DNA of 64,000 bases from an uncultured Clostridium sp. (GTDB taxonomy: Bacteria > Bacillota > Clostridia > TANB77 > CAG-508). The stretch lies in assembly GCA_947303785.1 (NCBI GenBank), contig CAMYZH010000001.1, positions 3,896 to 67,895 of the forward strand, given 5' to 3'. Below the pieces are notes generated by a model. That model was given only the letters and a program-made list of their open reading frames with translations, had not been told where the DNA came from and searched no databases. This document shows positions 39,230-48,336 of the stretch, piece by piece (position 1 is the stretch's first letter; the number at the start of each line of letters is the position of its first letter). The translations under genes and the position numbers were made by a program.

Positions 39230-39722
39230 TTATTTTTCTAAATCATTTTCTGCTGATTTTTGTATAATACTATCTGTAATCTCTTCTACTGAATTAACAA
39301 CAGTTCCCATTTGTTTTGTAACATTCACACCTTTACTATTTACAAAAATTGTATTTAATCCAGCATTTCTTGCTCCTAAAATATCTAATAAATAATCATC
39401 ACCAATCATAACACATTGACTTGGCTTGTAGGGTCCGCAGGCCTCTATAAAAGCCTCTTTATGTGGCTTTATCTTACGCTCTCCATAGTATGCAAGGAAA
39501 AAACGTCCTATACCCATATTGTTTAATCTATTTCTTTGTGATAAAGTAAAATAATTTGTTAAAATTGTAATCTCATATTTTTGGGCCAATTCCGTGATTT
39601 GGTTTATTAAACTTTGACTATTATGCACCAACTCTTATGAGTGTCTGACGTACGCTTTCTTCGAAGTTTACTCCGCGGATGAGTGTTCCATCTACATCAA
39701 AGATTAATCTCTTTATTGACAT
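39230..39722 (-). pseudogene. HAD-superfamily hydrolase remnant (frame break and missing cap region)
   Basis: ATG at 39722 gives MSIKRLIFDVDGTLI (motif I) and then a stop at 39623-39621. A second frame from GTG 39631 carries motif II (ITILTN), motif III (KPHKEAF) and motif IV (MIGDDYLLDI). Only about 45 aa separate motifs I and II. Confidence 0.65.
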
Positions 39723-39800
39723 ATTTTATTCTCCAATCTATAACTTTTGCAAATTATATCAATTTTCTTTAAAATTATCAATGAATACTAGTTTTAAGAA

Positions 39801-41786
39801 TTATTTTGTTATAATATTACAAATAATTTGTGCAGCTTTTTCTACACCATATGTATCACTATTTATACAAATATCATAATTCGAATAATTTTTCCATTCC
39901 CTTGAAGTATAATATTTATAATGATTTGATCTTAATTTGTCAATTTTGTTTATTTCTTTTTTAGCCTTTTCTTTTTCTAAACCATAAAACTTTACAGCTC
40001 TTTCAATTTTATTTGCTTCATCACTATAAATAAATACTTTTATTGTGTTTTTGTTGTCTTTTAGAATATAATCTGCACACCTTCCAACAATTACACAAGA
40101 TTGTTCACTTGCAATTTTTCTAATTAAATTAGATTCTTGAATAAATAATTCATCACTATTAGATAATCCAGCATTTCCGTCTTGTTCAAAATTTGTAAGC
40201 ACAGATCTTTTTTGTTCATTTTCTTCAATGTAACTTTCTGAAAGTCCAGTTTCTTTGGCAAGTCTTGTAATAAAATCTTTATCATAAAACTTTATACCAA
40301 GTTTATCAGCAATTAATCTGGCTATATACCTTCCACCAGATCCATATTCTCTTGAAATTGTAATTACAGTATGTTCTTTTAAAACATTATCTGTACTTGT
40401 GTCATCTACAAGAGCCTGGCTTTTTGAAGCAGTTTTTCCTAGTTTTCTTACTTGAATTATAATAAGTGTTGCAGCTAAGACAAAAGCTAATCCATCTGCA
40501 ACCGGTCCTGCAGCAAGAATTCCTATTATTCCTAACCTTTTACCTAAGATTATCATTGCTGGTATTAAAATTGCTATTTGTCTAGATATTGATAAAATTG
40601 CACTTATAACACTTTTTCCTATTGCTTGGAAAAATATTCCTGATGGTATCTGTATTCCATTAAAAATACATAACATTAAATAAGTTCTAAATGCTAAACA
40701 AGCAAATTCAATATATTTTGAATCACCACTTCCAAATATCGCAATTAGTTTATCAGGAATTAACTGGAATAATATAAAAGCTATAACACTTACTATTGTA
40801 CTTATTCCTAGAACTCTTTTTAGTGTTTCTTTAACCCTATCATTTTTTCCTGCACCATAATTATATCCAATAATTGGTTGTGAACCTACAGCAACTCCTA
40901 AAATAATACTATTTAAGATTTGACTTATTTTCATAACAATTCCTAGAACAGTAATTGGAATTTCAGCACCATATTTTGATCTAGCTCCATATTTTTTTAA
41001 TAAATTATTTTCAACAGCCATTAGTAATACGAAACTCATTTCAGTAATAAAGCTGCTAATTCCAAGTGATACAAGCTTTAAGCAAGTTTTTAGATTTAAT
41101 TTAAAATCTTTTTTAGTAAGTTTTATTGATTTAAATCTTTTCAAATATAGAACATTTAAAATAAATGATAATACTTGGCTTATTAATGTAGCAGTAGCTG
41201 CACCTTTAACACCTAATCCAAACACAAAAATAAATATTGGATCTAGTATAGTATTTAAGACTGCTCCGCTAACCATTGAAATCATAGAATATTTTGGGCT
41301 TCCGTCTGATCTTATAACTCCATTTAAGCTAGTTCCAATCATCATAAATGGTAATCCAATAGTAATTATATATCCATAGTCTTTAGCATATGGTCTTAAT
41401 ATGTCTGTACACCCAAACAAATTAAGTAAAACAGGTAGTAGTGTAAATATAATAATAAAAAATACTATTGATATAATTATTGATAATAATAGACCATTGG
41501 CTACACCTTTTTTTGCCTCTTCTTCTCTTTTTTCTCCAAGTTTTAAACTTAAATATGCTGATGTTCCATCACCAATCATTAGTGCAAATGCTAAACATAC
41601 TATATTAAGTGGGAACACTATATTAGTAGCCCCATTTCCTAAATATCCAACTCCCCAACCAATAAAAATTTGGTCAACTATATTATATAGTGAGTTTACA
41701 AGCATTGATATAATACATGGTATCGAAAATTTAAGCATTAATTTCCCTATTTTCTCTTTTCCTAAGATATTCTCTTCTGAATTCAT
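39801..41786 (-). CDS. MATE-family efflux transporter fused to a C-terminal cytidylate-kinase-like (AAA/P-loop) domain
   Basis: 661 aa. The first ~450 aa form a 12-TM MATE (MLKFSIPCIISMLVNSLYNIVDQIFIG). The C-terminal ~200 aa start ITISREYGSGGRYIARLIADKLGIKFYDKD, typical of the cytidylate kinase-like family. Confidence 0.8.
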   Translation of the reverse strand: MNSEENILGKEKIGKLMLKFSIPCIISMLVNSLYNIVDQIFIGWGVGYLGNGATNIVFPLNIVCLAFALMIGDGTSAYLSLKLGEKREEEAKKGVANGLLLSIIISIVFFIIIFTLLPVLLNLFGCTDILRPYAKDYGYIITIGLPFMMIGTSLNGVIRSDGSPKYSMISMVSGAVLNTILDPIFIFVFGLGVKGAATATLISQVLSFILNVLYLKRFKSIKLTKKDFKLNLKTCLKLVSLGISSFITEMSFVLLMAVENNLLKKYGARSKYGAEIPITVLGIVMKISQILNSIILGVAVGSQPIIGYNYGAGKNDRVKETLKRVLGISTIVSVIAFILFQLIPDKLIAIFGSGDSKYIEFACLAFRTYLMLCIFNGIQIPSGIFFQAIGKSVISAILSISRQIAILIPAMIILGKRLGIIGILAAGPVADGLAFVLAATLIIIQVRKLGKTASKSQALVDDTSTDNVLKEHTVITISREYGSGGRYIARLIADKLGIKFYDKDFITRLAKETGLSESYIEENEQKRSVLTNFEQDGNAGLSNSDELFIQESNLIRKIASEQSCVIVGRCADYILKDNKNTIKVFIYSDEANKIERAVKFYGLEKEKAKKEINKIDKLRSNHYKYYTSREWKNYSNYDICINSDTYGVEKAAQIICNIITK

Positions 41787-41888
41787 GTTTTTCCCTTTCT
41801 TTCTATTTGCTAATTTCTATACTTAGATTCTAAAACAATATGAAATACGTGTCTTTATATAAACACGTATCTAATATTTATAATAAAA

Positions 41889-42998
41889 CTATAATTCAAT
41901 AATTTTTTCCCATGGCAAATCTTTTTTCCCGAAATGTCCATAATTCGTTGTTTTTGAGTAAATAGGCTCTTTTAAATTCAAATATTCAATAATTCCATTT
42001 GGGGTTAAATCAAATTTTTCTTCAATTATTTTTACTATGTTTTCTTCAGACATTTTAGCAGTTCCAAATGTATTTACATATATAGATAAAGGTTTGTCCA
42101 TTCCAATTGCATATGCAACCTGTATTTCGCATTTATCTGCTAAGCCGTTTGCTACGATGTTTTTAGCAATATGTCTTAACATGTATGCAGCTGATCTATC
42201 AACTTTACTTGCATCTTTTCCTGAAAAAGCTCCTCCTCCATGGCGTGCATAGCCACCATATGTATCTACTATGATTTTTCTTCCAGTTAAACCTGTATCT
42301 CCAAGAGGTCCACCAATTACAAATCTTCCTGTTGGATTTACATATATTTTTGTATTATCATCAATCATATTACTAGGAATAGTTTCATCAATTACTTTTT
42401 CTATTATGTCTTTTCTTATTTTTTCTTGTTCTACAGTATCTAGATGCTGAGTCGAAATTAAAATAGTTTCAATTCTTTTTGGCTTTCCATTTTCATATTC
42501 AACAGTAACTTGTGTTTTTCCATCTGGTCTCAAATATGGAATTATTTTTTCTTTTCTCACATCTGTTAATCTTTTTGCAAGCTTATGTGCCATACTTATA
42601 GCATAAGGCATGTATTCTTCTGTTTCATTACATGCATAGCCAAACATAATTCCTTGGTCACCTGCTCCACCTGTATCAACCCCCATTGCTATATCTGGAC
42701 TTTGTTTTACAATATCAGCAGTTATATTACATGTTCTATAATCCATGTCTGTTTCAGCATTATCAAAACCAATTTCTTTAATTCTTTGTCTTATAATTTC
42801 TGATATCTTTATTCTAGCAGTAGATGTAAGTTGTCCTGCAACTGTAATATTATTTCCATTTGCAAATGTTTCAATTGCTACTCTTGAATTTTTGTCTTGT
42901 TTTAGACATTCATCTAATATCGCATCTGATATACTATCACATAATTTGTCTGGATGTCCTTCAGTTACACTTTCAGAAGTAAAGTAATATTTGTTCAT
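41889..42998 (-). CDS. metK: S-adenosylmethionine synthetase
   Basis: 369 aa. [37 protein letters not shown] and DRSAAY. Confidence 0.95.
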   Translation of the reverse strand: MNKYYFTSESVTEGHPDKLCDSISDAILDECLKQDKNSRVAIETFANGNNITVAGQLTSTARIKISEIIRQRIKEIGFDNAETDMDYRTCNITADIVKQSPDIAMGVDTGGAGDQGIMFGYACNETEEYMPYAISMAHKLAKRLTDVRKEKIIPYLRPDGKTQVTVEYENGKPKRIETILISTQHLDTVEQEKIRKDIIEKVIDETIPSNMIDDNTKIYVNPTGRFVIGGPLGDTGLTGRKIIVDTYGGYARHGGGAFSGKDASKVDRSAAYMLRHIAKNIVANGLADKCEIQVAYAIGMDKPLSIYVNTFGTAKMSEENIVKIIEEKFDLTPNGIIEYLNLKEPIYSKTTNYGHFGKKDLPWEKIIEL

Positions 42999-43013
42999 TT
43001 TAAATTTCCTTTC

Positions 43014-43691
43014 TTATTCTATTTCATATATAATCTTATGTTCTTTTATAATTTTACATATCATTCTAATACCAAGTATTACAATTATAAGCCCAACTAT
43101 AAATCCTGTTATAGCATCTATTTTAACTATTTTTGAAGTATGTGGGCCAAACTCATCTAATAAAACAACTTGTGTTAATACTACAGATGTAAGGGCTTTT
43201 GATATATTTCCTTGGCATGCTGCTGCAACAATTGGATCATCTTTATGATTATATATTGTCAAACTAATAATTGCAGATATAATACTAGATATAGATAAAA
43301 TTGCTGTTAAGTATATTAAATATCCTTTTAAATTATTATTTGTTTTACCAGTTTTTAAAATTATTAAATTAATTCCAAAATAAGCTATTCCAAGTAAAAC
43401 AAGTAACCAGCCATTATATAGATAATTTTTGTATGTTATACTTTTTTTGGACTTTAGATTTTTAGTTTTTTTCACTCTTCTATAATCTCTAATAGATCTA
43501 TATTTTGAATAGCCTAGTATTGCATAAAATACAGCATTTATATAAAACCATATTGAAGAATATATAATTCCAAAAAATAGTTTAAATAATCCTACTGCTA
43601 TTGTACTAATTGTATTTACTTGTAGCATGTACATTTTTCTATCTTTTCTATCTAGTTCAAAAAATTTATGAACTACCTTTTTTGCTTTCAT
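43014..43691 (-). CDS. Hypothetical polytopic membrane protein
   Basis: 225 aa, about 6 hydrophobic helices. Ends 15 nt before metK. No recognisable family. Confidence 0.45.
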   Translation of the reverse strand: MKAKKVVHKFFELDRKDRKMYMLQVNTISTIAVGLFKLFFGIIYSSIWFYINAVFYAILGYSKYRSIRDYRRVKKTKNLKSKKSITYKNYLYNGWLLVLLGIAYFGINLIILKTGKTNNNLKGYLIYLTAILSISSIISAIISLTIYNHKDDPIVAAACQGNISKALTSVVLTQVVLLDEFGPHTSKIVKIDAITGFIVGLIIVILGIRMICKIIKEHKIIYEIE

Positions 43692-43703
43692 CTTGTCTCC
43701 TAC

Positions 43704-44054
43704 TTAGATTTCTTTTATTTCTAAATCAAATTTATCTTCAAATACCTTTTTTTTGGCATTATATTCTTTAGTCTTATACCCTTTGACATCAATTATTTCT
43801 TGAGTTCCATCATTATTGAAGACAATGAAGTCTGCCTTGTATTTTAAACCAGCAGCTAATATAAAAGTAGGTTGTATACAAAAACCTCTAATATCATTAG
43901 CTTTTAATCGGTTTTTTAATTCACAATAATATTCTGCTTCTTTTTGGCTATCAAATGTATGACCATCTATTGAAGTCTTATATGATCTATACTTGGATTT
44001 TCCAGCACTTTTATTATTATAATTATTATAATCTTCAATACTCCAATGTTCCAT
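43704..44054 (-). CDS. DUF1064-domain protein (phage-type, endonuclease-like fold)
   Basis: 116 aa. KYRSYKTSIDGHTFDSQKEAEYYCEL ... KADFIVFNNDGTQEIIDVKG matches the DUF1064 pattern (K-x-x-x-DG-x-x-FDS-x-x-E ... DF ... E-VKG). Confidence 0.7.
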   Translation of the reverse strand: MEHWSIEDYNNYNNKSAGKSKYRSYKTSIDGHTFDSQKEAEYYCELKNRLKANDIRGFCIQPTFILAAGLKYKADFIVFNNDGTQEIIDVKGYKTKEYNAKKKVFEDKFDLEIKEI

Positions 44055-44081
44055 TACTTCACCCCATATGAATAATTTCTA

Positions 44082-44867
44082 CTAAGTTTTAGGTAAATAT
44101 TTAATATAGCTAATATTGCTATTTTTGCTTCTTTCAACCATAAGTCTATATATACGATTTCTTAATTCTATGTATGAATCTCTTTCATTTAAACTTTTAT
44201 CCGGATAATATGGGCCATCAACATATGAAACAATTCGTAGTTTATTCATTTTTTTCCCATATTTTTGATATGTATTTGTTATTACATATGATGGCTTATT
44301 TAGTTTTACTGGATATTTAAATGAAACTGCCTTGTAATTTCTAATTCCCGTATAAAAAGGCCAAATATGTGCTTCTGGATATATGGTAATTGAATGTTTT
44401 TGACAAATTCTTTTATTAATTTCATTTAAAAAATTTTTCATTGCACCTTTATTCCCTGGAACTGGTACCGCACCAAGTAATTCTACAAGCCATCCTGAAC
44501 CTTTCATAGAAATATTTTCAGGATTTACTATTAGAAAATTTCTTTTAGGAAAGTTAGCAAGACTTGGAATAAATGTATCTTCAAAGGGTTGTGTGTGGTT
44601 ACAATATATAAAATAGCCCTCTTTTTTGCATTTTTTAAATTTTTCTTTTCCAATAAATTTATGATGAAACTTAATTTTTGAATGTAATACTTTTATTGGC
44701 ATACTAAATATATTTTGGCATAAAAGAGAACAAAAATCCCATATAGGATTTTTGTTATACTTAAAATTTTCATCGATTTTTCTAGGTACAATTTTTGCTT
44801 CAGAAAATTCATCATTCAATTCATCAGTATAATATATTGTTTTAATATTCTCTTTTTTTATTTTCAT
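44082..44867 (-). CDS. Lysophospholipid/glycerolipid acyltransferase-family protein (PlsC-like)
   Basis: 261 aa. An NH-x4/5-D/E block (CNHTQPFED) and a YPEAH block in the position of FPEGT. Confidence 0.55.
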   Translation of the reverse strand: MKIKKENIKTIYYTDELNDEFSEAKIVPRKIDENFKYNKNPIWDFCSLLCQNIFSMPIKVLHSKIKFHHKFIGKEKFKKCKKEGYFIYCNHTQPFEDTFIPSLANFPKRNFLIVNPENISMKGSGWLVELLGAVPVPGNKGAMKNFLNEINKRICQKHSITIYPEAHIWPFYTGIRNYKAVSFKYPVKLNKPSYVITNTYQKYGKKMNKLRIVSYVDGPYYPDKSLNERDSYIELRNRIYRLMVERSKNSNISYIKYLPKT

Positions 44868-44880
44868 ATTTATTCCTTTA

Positions 44881-46707
44881 TTAATATTTAGGCATCTTTT
44901 CAGGTGGTGTTGTATATTTTAGTGGAATTTTATAATAATCTTCGTAAATATTTTTCCAAAGATTATAATTTAGTTCTTTCATTTCTTTTGCATTATCTCT
45001 AGGATTAACACCACTTTTAGGATAAATTGGTTTTTCTATATGCATTGTATATTCTTGAATCTTAAATCCATCATCACCTACTAAATCACTATCTTTCATT
45101 GTGATAAATATAGGAACAACTGGTACATTATTTTTGGCTGCAATTTTAAAAGCTCCTGGTTTTAGTGGTTTTGGTTTTTTATAATTCCACCATAGACTTT
45201 GTTCTGGATAGATTAAAATTACATCTCCTCTTTGTAGTATTGTTTTTGTTGCTCTAATAAATTCCATCATTGTTTTATTACTTGAGCTTAAAGGTAATGT
45301 ATCACAATTTCTGAAGAAAAATCCATATAGTCCTGGGAAATTAGTATAATTACCTTCTCTTATAACTTTATATAGTCTTTTAGTTTTAACTAATTCTGAT
45401 TTTCTAAAAGCAGTTTCTACTGCAAATGCATCAAATGGATTAAAGTGATTACATGTAATTACTGCTCCATCTTTTATACTATTAAGATTTTCTAATCCTT
45501 TAATTTCTTTTATTAAAAGTTTTTGATTTCTAATAATATTTTTTAAAAAGTATTCACCAGTTTTATTTGCAAATATATTTTTTACTTTACTTGTTAATTT
45601 TTCATTTAAATAGTCAACATCATCAAATTCAAGTGTTGTAGATGGTGGGTCTTTTTCAGCATCTTTATCAAATAAACCAGCTTCTTCAAGTCTTTCAATT
45701 TCTGTTAAAATTTCTATTCTTTCTTTTGATTTTTCCTTTGATCTTTCATTTATTCTTTCTGAATTTGATTTTAATATTGGTTTTATTCTGTCATCACCTA
45801 CACAATCACATTCTCTTTGAGCAAGCATTCTTAATTTTTTGTCTGCTTCTCTATCATTAAATTTATCCTCATCTGAATATGTATCTTTAATTTTTAAGAT
45901 ATCATCAAAAAATTCTGTCTTTTGAGCATATTCCCAAAAATATTCTTTATATAAAATATCTTCAAAATGCCATGGTTTGAATGCTAAATTATAGTGAATT
46001 ATATTGAGATTTTCTCTTCTTATATTATCACCACCAATTGGCATTCTGTCCCAAGTATTATCTATAATCTTAACTCTACCCTTGCACAATCTATTTAAAT
46101 AATCTTGATCTTGTGCAACAGTAAATTTTATGGTTTCTAATAAATACATGAATTTTTCTTGGAAATTAAATTTTCTCATTTCATCAAGATTCATAACAAT
46201 TATACCTGCATTAAAGTAATGTCTATAATCAGATACTCCAACGACTTTTTCAGCATAGTCTTGAAATACTATTATATTCTGAATTACATCATCAGGTGCT
46301 GCAGCTACTAAATTGTCTTTCAATCTTATATTATAAAGATCAGCAACATCCCTTAAAATTGTAATATCACTATCTAAATATAATGCTTTATCATATTGTG
46401 GATATAATTCTGGTATAAATAGTCTAAAATATGTTGTTTTAGAATAATAGTCTCTTGTATATAATTTATCTTTTATTTTATCAATATAATATGTTAAATC
46501 AACAAATTCGATTGAAATATTTTCTCTTTCATATTTTTTTATTTTTACTTGATTTTCTTCGCTAATATCTGTATATAAGACTTTGATTATATACATGTTT
46601 TTTGGTGATGCATGATCTGATAGGCTTTGTATTGCAACTGCTAAAAATGGAATATATCTATTATCTACCGCGAAAAAAATTGGTATCAAATGTTTATTTT
46701 TCTTCAT
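44881..46707 (-). CDS. Fusion protein: N-terminal GT8 glycosyltransferase plus C-terminal PlsC-like acyltransferase
   Basis: GT8 motifs are IPIFFAVDNRY, YLDSDITIL (DxD), FNAGIIVMNL and DQDYLN. The C-terminal domain has CNHFNPFDAF (HX4D) and IYPEQS. The track ORF starts at 46752, but the ATG at 46707 (MKKNKH) has better RBS context. Confidence 0.7.
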   Translation of the reverse strand: MKKNKHLIPIFFAVDNRYIPFLAVAIQSLSDHASPKNMYIIKVLYTDISEENQVKIKKYERENISIEFVDLTYYIDKIKDKLYTRDYYSKTTYFRLFIPELYPQYDKALYLDSDITILRDVADLYNIRLKDNLVAAAPDDVIQNIIVFQDYAEKVVGVSDYRHYFNAGIIVMNLDEMRKFNFQEKFMYLLETIKFTVAQDQDYLNRLCKGRVKIIDNTWDRMPIGGDNIRRENLNIIHYNLAFKPWHFEDILYKEYFWEYAQKTEFFDDILKIKDTYSDEDKFNDREADKKLRMLAQRECDCVGDDRIKPILKSNSERINERSKEKSKERIEILTEIERLEEAGLFDKDAEKDPPSTTLEFDDVDYLNEKLTSKVKNIFANKTGEYFLKNIIRNQKLLIKEIKGLENLNSIKDGAVITCNHFNPFDAFAVETAFRKSELVKTKRLYKVIREGNYTNFPGLYGFFFRNCDTLPLSSSNKTMMEFIRATKTILQRGDVILIYPEQSLWWNYKKPKPLKPGAFKIAAKNNVPVVPIFITMKDSDLVGDDGFKIQEYTMHIEKPIYPKSGVNPRDNAKEMKELNYNLWKNIYEDYYKIPLKYTTPPEKMPKY

Positions 46708-46752
46708 TCCCCTTAATTCCTTTATATTTTTCCTTCCATAATAAATATTCAT

Positions 46753-47358
46753 CTAAATCTTTATCAAAAGCTTTGCATTTGTATATTTTATGAACTCTCT
46801 TTTTTTATTTTTAATTTTATATCTTGCTTTTTCTAGTAATTTGGTTTGTTTAATTTTTTTCATGTTCAAAAGCAACATTCCTGCATTTATATAATCTGGT
46901 CTAATAATCCAGCATCCATACTTTTCTTTAACTGCAGCATATTCATATTCTTCTATATCTATATTAAATAGTTTTGAAATGTCTCCTCCTGCCATCATAT
47001 CTAAATCAAGATATAATAATTTGTCTGGCATATTGGGAACAAGATCTGCGAGTAGTCTTAAGAGTGTATATGGCGTACAATAAGCTGTTTCATTTTTTGA
47101 ACCTGAAAATTGTTCTTTATATATTTTTGTAACATCAACCCTTGTAACTTTGTTTTCTTTATTTTTACTTTTTACAACTTCATCTAAAAATTTACAATCT
47201 TCTTCAGAAATACTTGTATATTCTGGTTTTAGATTTGTCGCATCCATAGTGAAAATGTAGCAATTAATAGGTTCTGATGTCTTATTTGTAATAGATATTA
47301 ATTCTGTTAGTGCACCATCAAACACTTTACTATTTCCGCCAAATAGCAAATTAATCAT
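46753..47358 (-). CDS. Short GT8-like glycosyltransferase (N-terminal half only)
   Basis: About 200 aa. LYLDLDMMAGGD (DxD) and INAGMLLLNM are present, but the DQD..LN..WN C-terminal half is absent. The preferred start is ATG 47358 behind GGAAGGA (track start 47373). Confidence 0.55.
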   Translation of the reverse strand: MINLLFGGNSKVFDGALTELISITNKTSEPINCYIFTMDATNLKPEYTSISEEDCKFLDEVVKSKNKENKVTRVDVTKIYKEQFSGSKNETAYCTPYTLLRLLADLVPNMPDKLLYLDLDMMAGGDISKLFNIDIEEYEYAAVKEKYGCWIIRPDYINAGMLLLNMKKIKQTKLLEKARYKIKNKKREFIKYTNAKLLIKI

Positions 47359-47359
47359 T

Positions 47360-48268
47360 TTATTTCCTTCCAACTTTATTTTCTAGTGTTAAAAAATATA
47401 TATTATTATTAATATTGTTAATCTCAATATTTCCAGTTGTTTCTTCTTTTTCTCCATCTAATGACCAAAACATATTTTGATTGGTTTCGATTTTTAGATT
47501 TGATGTTTTAAAAAAAATTACATTTTTGTCCCTAATATGATTTATTAAACCTGTATATGTTTTAAGAAGCTCTGCTTTATTTTTTGTTTTCTTAATTAGA
47601 ATCACTTCAAATTTTCCATCATTATAGCAAAACTCATCATTTTTAAACATTTTGAATCCACCAATATATTGAGAATTGCTAATACTTACAAATTCAAAAT
47701 CATCTTCAAAAGTTTCCTCATCTGTAGTTATTTTAAGATGTGCAACATTTTCTTCTTCTAAAAAATCCTTTGTTCCTTTACTAAGATATGCTAATCTGCC
47801 AAATTTATTTTTTAATTCTCTTTCTGTTGAAAACGAAGTATTTGCAAATGTTCCAAATGCTGACACATAATTAAAATATTTACCATTAAAAACCCCTGTA
47901 TCACAAGATTTTTCTATTGCATTATTAATTTTTTTAGATAATGTAAACCTATCTGAAGGTATATTTAAAGATTTTGCAAAATCATTTGTTGTACCAAATG
48001 GAATAAAACCTATTTTTACGTTTTTGTTACTTTTTATAATACCATTTACAACTTCATTTAAAGTTCCGTCTCCACCTATTGCAACAACTACTTCTCCATC
48101 TTTTGCTTTTGCTTCTACAATAATTTCAGCATTATTTTCTATAGTAGTATATTCTGTTTGAACATTATAACCTGACTTTTCAAAGTTATTAACTATTTGT
48201 GGAATATCTTTTTTAATATTTCCATTTCCTGCAACAGGATTTACTACTAATAAAAGATTGTTTTCCAT
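47360..48268 (-). CDS. Diacylglycerol-kinase-family lipid kinase (YegS/BmrU type)
   Basis: 302 aa. LLVVNPVAGNG and AIGGDGTLNEVVNG. Confidence 0.85.
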   Translation of the reverse strand: MENNLLLVVNPVAGNGNIKKDIPQIVNNFEKSGYNVQTEYTTIENNAEIIVEAKAKDGEVVVAIGGDGTLNEVVNGIIKSNKNVKIGFIPFGTTNDFAKSLNIPSDRFTLSKKINNAIEKSCDTGVFNGKYFNYVSAFGTFANTSFSTERELKNKFGRLAYLSKGTKDFLEEENVAHLKITTDEETFEDDFEFVSISNSQYIGGFKMFKNDEFCYNDGKFEVILIKKTKNKAELLKTYTGLINHIRDKNVIFFKTSNLKIETNQNMFWSLDGEKEETTGNIEINNINNNIYFLTLENKVGRK

Positions 48269-48336
48269 TTCTTACTCCTGTAACAAATATTCACAGTTTC
48301 TATTTTATCAAATTTTTATTATTTTGGCAATGCTAA

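Noticed and set aside
39637-39686. A GC-rich 34-bp stretch carrying three 6-bp palindromes (CGTACG 39649-54, TTCGAA 39660-65, CCGCGG 39673-78), flanked by 8-bp direct repeats ATGAGTGT. It looked like a cloning scar, a watermark, or an insertion with a target-site duplication.
   Set aside because: The repeats are 42 nt apart and in frame, each encoding T-L-I. The intervening peptide (RGVNFEESVRQ) fits the normal helix that follows HAD motif I. Removing the segment does not restore the reading frame. The result is most likely chance plus atypical codons, though the CGC/CGT/CTC codon usage is odd for this genome.
42999-43013. An expected SAM riboswitch upstream of metK, and riboswitch or ribozyme leaders upstream of glmM and metG.
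   Set aside because: The intergenic spaces are too short (15 nt before metK and 21 nt before metG). The glmM upstream region shows only a promoter-like TTGAAA-17-TATAAT and a terminator of the preceding gene.
43704-44054. The DUF1064 phage-type gene as a marker of a prophage.
   Set aside because: It is an isolated single gene. No integrase, terminase, capsid or tail genes and no att repeats are visible nearby.
46800-46806. A T7/A7 homopolymer near the 3' end of the short GT8-like gene as a phase-variation switch. GT8 genes such as lgtC are classic phase-variable loci.
   Set aside because: A7 runs are common in this AT-rich sequence. The tract would only swap a short C-terminal tail. There is no evidence of length polymorphism from a single sequence.
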